This document shows, one piece after another, positions 1 to 6,914 of a stretch of 64,000 bases of DNA. Made by a program: the position numbers and the translations under genes. Positions within the stretch are counted from its first letter, which is position 1; each line of letters opens with the position of its first letter. Origin of the DNA: Acidimicrobiales bacterium (GTDB lineage: Bacteria; Actinomycetota; Acidimicrobiia; Acidimicrobiales; Bog-793). The notes under the pieces are model-generated. The model did no database searches. It worked only from the letters and a program-made list of their open reading frames with translations, and had not been told where the DNA came from. The stretch is from contig JBEKBX010000005.1 of the NCBI GenBank assembly GCA_050015175.1, positions 9,069 to 73,068 on the forward strand, given 5' to 3'.

Positions 1-261
1 CGCCTCGGCAACGAACCGTACGGCGTCCGAACCGAGTAGCACCAGGCGCCGCGGAACTCGGTCAGCGACGACTCCGCCCGCCAACAGGAAAACCAGCTGG
101 GAGATGGCATAGGCGGTGAGCACGAACCCGAGGTCCTCCGCTGAATGGGTAAGGTGCAGGACCGCGAACGCCAGCGCCACAGGCGCCATGGCGTTTCCGA
201 CGGACGAGCTCGCCTGCCCCACGAAGTAGAGGCGGAAATTCCGTAGCCGCAAAGCTTCCAC
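1..261 (-). CDS. MFS transporter, N-terminal fragment (gene runs off the window start)
   Basis: Not in ORF track (no stop in window). Reverse frame from GTG at 261..259, preceded by in-frame TGA, reads VEALRLRNFRLYFVGQASSSVGNAMAPVALAFAVLHLTHSAEDLGFVLTAYAISQLVFLLAGGVVADRVPRRLVLLGSDAVRF. This is a typical MFS TM1-loop-TM2 with the D-R-x-x-R-R loop motif. Confidence 0.6.
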   Translation of the reverse strand, partial: MEALRLRNFRLYFVGQASSSVGNAMAPVALAFAVLHLTHSAEDLGFVLTAYAISQLVFLLAGGVVADRVPRRLVLLGSDAVRFVAEA

Positions 262-440
262 CCGGTGATGCTGTCATATGGCTTCGACTTCGGTGCGATG
301 ATGTGCCCGGTTCGGCAACAGTAAGAGACTTAACACCGCTCGGTTTCGCGCCGGATCCCGCGGCCGGCGCGTATGACTAGCACGCGTTGTTTCGGCGCAC
401 GACCAACACCACGTCGATGTTGGCCCGACCAGAGGAGCGG

Positions 441-1337
441 TCAGCTACTCGTTGTCTCATCCAGGGAGAAGGCCACCCTTCTTCCGAGCATTCGGTCTAT
501 CAGTGCACTTCCGCTTCCTTCTTCGCGGATAGCTCTGTTTATCAGGATCACCAGCGCGGGATAGGCCCAGAAGTCGCCGCACACCCAGAGGATGGCGGCT
601 CCGATCTGTTGGTCGGCGAACGGCGAGAGCCGGATCCCGGACAGGTGGTCGTACACGGAGTACCACGGGGCCGAGGACAAGATGCTGAGCGACATTGCCA
701 GAAGGATCATCACACCGTTCGTGGCCAGGATTGCCCAGATCCCTCCGAGAGTGGAGAGCTTCGGCCTTATCGGATGGGAAGGAATGAGCTGCATCCAGAA
801 CAAGACCCCCGTCACGAAGAACGAGGAGTGCATAAGCCAGATGTGGACCGCCTGATTCCGTTCGGCGAGATCGAACAGGGCGGGCACATGCCAGATGACC
901 ATCGCAGCGTTGAAGAGCACGACCGCGACGATCCCGCTCGACAAGAACCGGCCGAGCGCGCGAAGTGGCCTTGCCCAAGCGCTGAGGAGAACGGCGCGCC
1001 CGAGGCGCCGCCTCACGGCAACTGGGAAGCCGTGCACGAGCGGCAACCAAGGGGCGCCTGCCACGATGAGGATCGGAGCGAAGAACATGATCAGGATGTG
1101 CTCGATCATGTGGACGAAGAAGTAGTCGCTGGCCCAGTAGTCGATCGGCGAGACGACGGCGAGGAGCAAGACCCCGAGCCCACCATAGAAGAGAAACGAC
1201 TTGCGTCGGCGGGCCCGGACGCGTTCGGGACGCGAGCGCCGACGTAGATTGCGCAGGCCCAGTTCGTGCCAGACCACGATCACCGTCGCGACGATGAGAA
1301 ACGGGTCGTAGGACCAGTTGCGAAGGACGTAGTTCAT
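441..1337 (-). CDS. ctaG: Cytochrome c oxidase assembly factor CtaG (caa3-type polytopic membrane protein)
   Basis: 298-aa polytopic ORF with CtaG-family His-rich helices (FFVHMIEHILIMF, VIWHVPALFD, HIWLMHSSFF) and C-terminal FADQQIGAAILW. Lies 40 nt downstream of the Sco-fusion gene on the same strand. Confidence 0.8.
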   Translation of the reverse strand: MNYVLRNWSYDPFLIVATVIVVWHELGLRNLRRRSRPERVRARRRKSFLFYGGLGVLLLAVVSPIDYWASDYFFVHMIEHILIMFFAPILIVAGAPWLPLVHGFPVAVRRRLGRAVLLSAWARPLRALGRFLSSGIVAVVLFNAAMVIWHVPALFDLAERNQAVHIWLMHSSFFVTGVLFWMQLIPSHPIRPKLSTLGGIWAILATNGVMILLAMSLSILSSAPWYSVYDHLSGIRLSPFADQQIGAAILWVCGDFWAYPALVILINRAIREEGSGSALIDRMLGRRVAFSLDETTSS

Positions 1338-1376
1338 GACTCGGCTGCGCTTGCGTGCCTCACGCCCAGAGCGCGT

Positions 1377-3206
1377 TCATCTGTCCAGCACGCTCCGGAT
1401 GGCGCTTGCTAGAACCACCGAGAACGATGACCTCGTCACTTGAGTCCCCGGCCCCGGATCCGCATCGATGATGTACCGGGCATGACCTCTCGGATCGATG
1501 ACGTAGGCGATGTCGCTGTGGGCGATCATCGAGCCACCTGTCGAATAGGAAACGAGGACCCCGAATGCATTCCAGACGCGGCCGAGCTGCGAGGCTGAGC
1601 CCGTTAGGAAGTCCCAGTTCCCGAGGCGCTCGAGGCCTTCCTGATGATCGAAGGCCACGAGGTACGAGGTCGAGCGGTACACCGGGTTGGCGACAACAGC
1701 GACTAGCTCTACTCGCCGGGCCGCCGCTCCGAGCATCTCGTCGCTCGCGAGGAATTCCTGAGCGATGATCGGGCAGTCCGAGACGCAGACGGGGTCGAGG
1801 AAAGTGAGGGCGACCGCCTTGCCCCGCAGGCTCTGCAACGACACGGAATGTCCACTTTGATTCAGCAGGCGGAACCCGGGTGCCGGATAGTCCACCGCGT
1901 TGGGTGTTCCGTCTATCGCCTGGGCGACGATGGGATCCGCGTTCGGGTTGGTTGAAGCCACTGCCATCGGCGCGGCGCCCACAAGGGTGACTGCGATCGC
2001 GCACAGCGCTGCAAGGACACGGAAGGTGTAGGCGGGTCGCGCCGTCAGGCGCTCTTTCAGTGGCAATGAAGCGACAGCCGCCGAGGTGATCGGCACCTGG
2101 ACTTCAACAACGGCAACCTGCACGAAGGCGAGGTACCCGGCTGTGAAGACGAGGGCCATGGGGATCATGCTGTTCGGATCGGTCCCGACACCGCCGAGGA
2201 AGCCGAGATCCTGGACGAGAACCCAGTCGGCCAGGCAGAGCACGATCGCAGCAGGCACGGCGACCCGGAGCACCCTTGGCCGTCCGCTCAAGAAAGCCAC
2301 TCCGAGCGCTGCCAGACAGATAACCAGGAAGAGATTGACCGCCCAACCATGGGCAGCATCGAATGAGCTGAAACTCGAGATCCACGACGACAACACGTGC
2401 GGCTGCGGTGTCTGGGCCATCTGACGGAGCATCGAGGTGAGAGTTCCTGGGCTGGCGTGCCGATCGAGCTGGCCGCGCCAATACCCGCGGCCGGGCCAAG
2501 CCTGCAGCAAGGCCATGCCCACGAAGAACAGTCCAAAGCCGGAGAGGATCGTTCGTCCAAGCCGCGGGCTCGTCCAGGCACGGTCCGGCAGGCAGATGAG
2601 CAGGCCGGCAAAGGTGTAGATCAGCACCGCACCCGGGGCCCCGAGTGCCCAGCTGAGACCCGGGGCAAAGATGCCCCCGAAGCTTTCGCCGAAGACCCAC
2701 ACCACGAGCCCCCACGCAGCGCTCGACAAACCGCCGAGGCGAGACCAGTCGCCTCGGGGAGCGACGAGCAGCCAGATGCCGAGACCCACCTGGATCCACA
2801 CGGCCGAGGCGGACGCGGTGACTGGATGGTTGCTCCAGATCGTGCCTCCGGCGTTGACGAGGTGCTGGACCCATGATGGAGACGCCGCCGCACTCGGCTC
2901 GATCACCTGCGTCGTCATCCCGAGCGGCATCGAGGCCTGAGCCTGGAGGATCCCGTCGAAGATCCACACGAGTCCGAAAGAGACCCGTAGCAGGCGTCGC
3001 GCTCTGGGTTCGAGACGCTGCGGAACCTCGACATTCCCTTCGCCGTTCGCCACCTTGCGCAGTTGGGCGCCGCGCAGCACGTGCCAGCCCACGGCCAGCA
3101 CGGCGAGAAGCAGCAGGACGACAATTGCCTGATGCTGAAGCAGGTTCCTGAACGCCGCCACGATGATGGGATTGTTCGTCTGGAGACCCGACTCCATGCC
3201 TGGCAT
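1377..3206 (-). CDS. Fusion protein: ~430-aa polytopic membrane domain of unknown family + C-terminal SCO1/SenC copper chaperone domain
   Basis: 609-aa ORF. C-terminal part has the Sco signature FLDPVCVSDCPIIAQEF (CxxxC) and the conserved downstream His (SMIAHSDIAYVIDPRG). The N-terminal part is a long series of hydrophobic helices with no motif I recognise. Confidence 0.75.
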   Translation of the reverse strand: MPGMESGLQTNNPIIVAAFRNLLQHQAIVVLLLLAVLAVGWHVLRGAQLRKVANGEGNVEVPQRLEPRARRLLRVSFGLVWIFDGILQAQASMPLGMTTQVIEPSAAASPSWVQHLVNAGGTIWSNHPVTASASAVWIQVGLGIWLLVAPRGDWSRLGGLSSAAWGLVVWVFGESFGGIFAPGLSWALGAPGAVLIYTFAGLLICLPDRAWTSPRLGRTILSGFGLFFVGMALLQAWPGRGYWRGQLDRHASPGTLTSMLRQMAQTPQPHVLSSWISSFSSFDAAHGWAVNLFLVICLAALGVAFLSGRPRVLRVAVPAAIVLCLADWVLVQDLGFLGGVGTDPNSMIPMALVFTAGYLAFVQVAVVEVQVPITSAAVASLPLKERLTARPAYTFRVLAALCAIAVTLVGAAPMAVASTNPNADPIVAQAIDGTPNAVDYPAPGFRLLNQSGHSVSLQSLRGKAVALTFLDPVCVSDCPIIAQEFLASDEMLGAAARRVELVAVVANPVYRSTSYLVAFDHQEGLERLGNWDFLTGSASQLGRVWNAFGVLVSYSTGGSMIAHSDIAYVIDPRGHARYIIDADPGPGTQVTRSSFSVVLASAIRSVLDR

Positions 3207-3638
3207 GGCCGACTAAACCTTCCCCCCTCAAGTCACCGGTTTGCTGCCGGTGCCTACCGCCCGACGTCATCGCGTCCCTGGCCGTCCCAGGATAACGGTG
3301 CCAGAACCGAGCTCATACGCGTCCGCACGACCATGGGTCGACGACCCGACAGCCGCCGCCAGCGACGGCGCTGCGGCGCATCGCCGTCTGCAGCCGCAAC
3401 CCGACACAGTCACCTCGATGTGCGGTGAAACATCCTTCAGGGGCCCGGCGATCGGTTGACTGCCGACTCGGCATTACCCTCGTCGGATGCGTCATGAACT
3501 GGGCGCCACGGCTGGAGGGGTCACGAGCCCGACGCCCCCATTGCTCGATCCGCGAGGCTCGTTGCCGCCTGCGTCTTTGGCGTGGCGTTTCTCCTCCACG
3601 CGGTTGGTCTTTGGCGCTACCCCGGAGCCACTCGCGCC

Positions 3639-3746
3639 ATGAAGTTGTTCGGCTTCTCGATCGCCTATCTCACAATGGTGTTTGTGGCCATGGCGTCGAT
3701 GCAATCGCCCATCCCTGGCGACCCGTGGAGACAACGGCACCCATGA
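3639..3746 (+). CDS. Candidate 35-aa single-TM peptide, translationally coupled to the Sco gene
   Basis: Below ORF-track cutoff. ATG at 3639, GGAG about 12 nt upstream. Translation MKLFGFSIAYLTMVFVAMASMQSPIPGDPWRQRHP. GC3 about 77 percent by hand count. Its TGA (3744..3746) overlaps the Sco ATG (3743) as ATGA. Confidence 0.4.
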   Translation: MKLFGFSIAYLTMVFVAMASMQSPIPGDPWRQRHP

Positions 3747-4591
3747 CAGACACGATGAAGCCCTCTCGAACCGGGACCTCGACCGAAGGTCGTGTAGACC
3801 GGGCGACGGCGTTCGCAGCGGGCCCGACGCGCATCCCGAGAAAATTCGTATGGACTCTGCTCGGCGCAGCCGCCGTGCTCGGAGTCGGAGGCGCGTTGTT
3901 GGAACACGTTCTTGATGCAGCTGGTGTCAACCCCACTCCGACGACCACGATGACCACGCTTGCGCCGCGTCCTTTCGCGGCTGAGGGCGAACGCGAGGCC
4001 GTGGTGCCGGGCGAGCTCGCGGCCTTCATGGGATTGAACCGCATGACGCCCGGGGAGGCTCGTTCGTTCTCGCTCGTTGACGAACGTAGCCGGACGGTCT
4101 CGCTGGCTGACGAGCGCGGCAAGGTTGTTGTGCTCACGTTCTTCGACGGGCGCTGCAACGACATCTGTCCCGTGCTTGCCGCCGAGATCGTGCAAGCTGA
4201 CCGCGATCTGGGAGCAGCCTCGGGACGGGTGGGCTTCCTGACGGTCAACACCGACCCGGCCGCCACTGCGGTCTCGGGACTTCAGGATGTGCTTGTGAAG
4301 ACCGCACTAGGTCGCCTCCCTAACTGGCACATGGCGACCGGACCCCTCTCCGATTTGAACACGGTGTGGCAGTCCTACGGCATCACGGTGAGCTTCAACG
4401 CCGCCACGCGAACCGTGGAACACAACGACGTCATGTACTTCCTCGACGTCAAGGGTCGATTCGAGTTCAGTGCCACACCGTTCGCGAACGAGCGCCGCCC
4501 CTCAGGCACTTACGAGTTGCCGCGCGACGAGATCGCCAGGTTCGCTACGGGCATCGCAACCTATGCCCGCCAACTTGCGGACAACCGATGA
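3743..4591 (+). CDS. SCO1/SenC family copper chaperone (membrane-anchored thioredoxin fold)
   Basis: Internal ATG of track ORF 3425..4591 chosen; the upstream 106 codons are Arg/Cys/Trp-rich and not protein-like. Has an N-terminal TM, FFDGRCNDICPVLAAEI (CxxxC) and conserved His in VEHNDVMYFLDVKG. Confidence 0.85.
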   Translation: MTDTMKPSRTGTSTEGRVDRATAFAAGPTRIPRKFVWTLLGAAAVLGVGGALLEHVLDAAGVNPTPTTTMTTLAPRPFAAEGEREAVVPGELAAFMGLNRMTPGEARSFSLVDERSRTVSLADERGKVVVLTFFDGRCNDICPVLAAEIVQADRDLGAASGRVGFLTVNTDPAATAVSGLQDVLVKTALGRLPNWHMATGPLSDLNTVWQSYGITVSFNAATRTVEHNDVMYFLDVKGRFEFSATPFANERRPSGTYELPRDEIARFATGIATYARQLADNR

Positions 4592-5256
4592 ACGCGAACC
4601 AGGAACCGGGGCGGGAAGACGCCGGCACGACCACAGGCGCGGAAGCAAGCCCGCCGACACCTCGGAACCGAAGACGTGCCCTGCTCGTGACGGTTGCCGC
4701 CATCGTCGTGCTGGCCGTCACGGTGGTTTCTGACCTCCCTGTGCACAGCTCACTTGCAGCCGACGTATCGGCCGGACAGAGCGTCATGAGCGAGGTTAAC
4801 GCTGATGTTGGCCCTTGCGCCTTTGCGGTGAAGGAGTCGTTCTCCATTCACGCAGACCAGGTCGCAGGCTCGCTCTCATCCTCCGATCAACGTGAAGCCC
4901 CCTCGCTCCTGCGCGACGACCTCGCGGCCTGCTCGTTCACCGACGACAGCATCTTCGAGCTCTCCAACATCGAAGTGCCCGGATCTGCAGCCGGCAAACG
5001 GCTCGGTGACGTCATCGACACAGTGACGCTGTGGGCCACCTCCGACGCGCTCGGCGCGATCTCCGACCTGGAAACGCTCTTGGCCAGGCCTTACGACCAG
5101 ACCGCCCAGCATGACCTCGTTATCAGAGAACAGGCGTTGGCCTCCGATCGAGCTGCCGCGTTCGCCGACATCAGCGTTGCTGATCAAATCATCTCCGCGC
5201 GCCTCACCGAACCGGCCCTGCCGGTGCTGCCACACTCAGCTGTCCACACCAGCTGA
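4588..5256 (+). CDS. Hypothetical membrane-anchored protein (one N-terminal TM, Asp/Ser/Ala-rich extracytoplasmic domain)
   Basis: ATG at 4588 overlaps the Sco stop (ATGA). MNANQEPGRE...RRRALLVTVAAIVVLAVTVVSDLP followed by a soluble domain with no recognisable motif. The upstream part of track ORF 4366..5256 overlaps the Sco frame. Confidence 0.55.
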   Translation: MNANQEPGREDAGTTTGAEASPPTPRNRRRALLVTVAAIVVLAVTVVSDLPVHSSLAADVSAGQSVMSEVNADVGPCAFAVKESFSIHADQVAGSLSSSDQREAPSLLRDDLAACSFTDDSIFELSNIEVPGSAAGKRLGDVIDTVTLWATSDALGAISDLETLLARPYDQTAQHDLVIREQALASDRAAAFADISVADQIISARLTEPALPVLPHSAVHTS

Positions 5257-6048
5257 CCGGCTTGCGTTAGCCGGGCCGCGTTCCGGCCGGAACGCAGAGC
5301 GGTGGGCGGGGGCGTCTTGTTGCTCTTCGGCGCGAAGCCACGCCAGTACGTTCCAGAACACGACGGGCATGAACGTCACCGTCGCCACGAGCCACAACAC
5401 CGCGGTCGAGAACTGCTGATCGGCCGCCACACTCGGCCAACGGCCTGCCACGTGACGAAAAGCCTTGTACCAGGAGGAGTTCGAGAAGCCGACCAGGTAC
5501 GCGACCGTCCACACCGTCCACATGGCCACGCCCGCCATCGCCGCGCGCAGGGGCCGGGGTGAGCGGAGGACAACCGGAGGGAACTGCACGAGCTCCAGCC
5601 AAAGCGCTCCACCTGCCAGCACAAGGCTCACACCTTCGCCAGCGAGGAGCCATCGGTCGCGCACGATAGCGTCGACTGCCATCGGTGTCCTCCAGCCCAC
5701 GACCGCACTTATGAAAAGTCCTAGGGACAAGGCTCTCTGAACCATCGCTGGCGCGCCCCGCGGCGAGTTCTTCGATCGATCGACTCGTGCCGCCTGCCGA
5801 GCACGCTCCTGGTTGCTATTCCTCAAGTGGCCAAGAAATGCCCGCGGCACGCCCAGCACGAGCAGCGCCGGGACGGCCATGGCGTAGGCGGAGAACTGGA
5901 AGGCCTCGACGAATTCATAACGACGGGCAAGCGGGGACAGTGGCGGGACCGCGAGGGCTGTGGCGAGAAGCACCGCGGAACCGAGGCACAACCGCCGAAG
6001 CTGGTGCGTACCCGTCGCTGGTCGCTCTTCGGCGGCCCCGACGGTCAT
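5236..6048 (-). CDS. Divergent CtaG-family (caa3_CtaG-like) membrane protein lacking the conserved histidines
   Basis: 270 aa, polytopic. C-terminal SSWYKAFRHVAGRWPSVAADQQFSTAVLWLV aligns with CtaG (441..1337) SAPWYSVYDHLSGIRLSPFADQQIGAAILWV. The His-rich helices are replaced (YEFVEAFQFSAYAM, VGWRTPMAVD). Last gene of the oxidase operon. Confidence 0.6.
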   Translation of the reverse strand: MTVGAAEERPATGTHQLRRLCLGSAVLLATALAVPPLSPLARRYEFVEAFQFSAYAMAVPALLVLGVPRAFLGHLRNSNQERARQAARVDRSKNSPRGAPAMVQRALSLGLFISAVVGWRTPMAVDAIVRDRWLLAGEGVSLVLAGGALWLELVQFPPVVLRSPRPLRAAMAGVAMWTVWTVAYLVGFSNSSWYKAFRHVAGRWPSVAADQQFSTAVLWLVATVTFMPVVFWNVLAWLRAEEQQDAPAHRSAFRPERGPANASRSAGVDS

Positions 6049-6152
6049 CGCGCACGATTGCGCTGGAAGAACCCCCAGAAACAGACCAACAAGAAGAACC
6101 CGAGCGGGATCGCCAGGGTAAGAACTTGCGGGCCCAAGAAGTAGTCACTCAC
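6045..6152 (-). CDS. Candidate 35-aa single-TM peptide inside the oxidase operon (possible small oxidase subunit)
   Basis: Below ORF-track cutoff. GTG at 6152..6150, AAGGTGG about 11 nt upstream. Translation (M)SDYFLGPQVLTLAIPLGFFLLVCFWGFFQRNRAR. Its TGA (6047..6045) overlaps the ATG of the next gene (6048) as ATGA. Confidence 0.4.
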   Translation of the reverse strand: MSDYFLGPQVLTLAIPLGFFLLVCFWGFFQRNRAR

Positions 6153-6230
6153 GTGCCTATTGTCCACCTTTCGATCCGCAAGCGCGCGCTCCTGCGCCGT
6201 CGCTGTGCTCGCATGGCCTGGTCATCGCCC

Positions 6231-6914
6231 TCACGCCACGTAGAAGAGCACCCAGTAGAAGAACGCCACGCAAGCAATGAAGACCCAGTAGTAGGTGCAG
6301 CCCTCGAGATTCGCACGGAAGAGCCTGACAGCGGGCAGTGAGGAGCGGACCATGCCCCCGTCTTCGACTACGGCGCGGCGAAGGCGAAGCTGGCGTGCCA
6401 GCAGTGTTTCGAGCCAGTAGGCCCCAGACAGCAGCAGTGCGATATTCATCCCGGCCCAGCCGATGAAGCACGACGCGTACCCGCTCGACCCAGGGAAGAA
6501 GGGCAGAACGGTCAGCTGCCAGATTTGCAATGCGACCGCGGTGAGAGTGCAGAGGACCCCCGTCCAGCCTGTGACCTGCCAGTCAAGTTCGGAGCCCGAC
6601 CGGAACCTCCACAGGCCGTAGGCGACGAGGAAGGCGCTCGCGAGGGAGAAGGCGAACACTGCCGCCCCGGCACCGGTCGGTGCCGTGATATGGGCAGGGC
6701 GCCAGAGGCTCGCGTTGTTCGCCGACCGCAAGTAGAAGTACGCGAATCCCAGGGCCGCGAACGCGAAGGCCCAGATGCCGATCACCATCCGGCTGCCTGT
6801 CCACAGGGCGCCCTCGTGAGCGCGGAGCTCGTAGGCGATCTCCTCCGGCGTCTCCCGCAGCATCGGGAACGATTCAGTTGACGTAAGCCTGTCGGTCATC
6901 GTGCCTCCGCTCAC
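6231..6914 (-). CDS. Cytochrome c oxidase subunit III-like membrane protein
   Basis: 227 aa with about 5 TM helices, immediately after subunit I. GTG start at 6914 overlaps the subunit I stop (GTGA); alternative ATG at 6899. Trp/Phe/Tyr-rich helices resemble short actinobacterial subunit III. The call rests mainly on position and topology. Confidence 0.65.
   Translation of the reverse strand: MSGGTMTDRLTSTESFPMLRETPEEIAYELRAHEGALWTGSRMVIGIWAFAFAALGFAYFYLRSANNASLWRPAHITAPTGAGAAVFAFSLASAFLVAYGLWRFRSGSELDWQVTGWTGVLCTLTAVALQIWQLTVLPFFPGSSGYASCFIGWAGMNIALLLSGAYWLETLLARQLRLRRAVVEDGGMVRSSLPAVRLFRANLEGCTYYWVFIACVAFFYWVLFYVA

Noticed and set aside
387-1247. 286-aa ORF on the + strand
   Set aside because: It is antisense to the well-supported CtaG gene. 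Its composition is Arg/Asp/His/Pro-rich and non-membrane, which is typical of a shadow ORF in high-GC DNA.
2104-3270. 388-aa ORF in an alternative reverse frame over the Sco-fusion gene
   Set aside because: It is Arg/Gly/Pro/Ala-rich with no motifs. The overlapping 609-aa frame has a clear Sco domain and TM helices.
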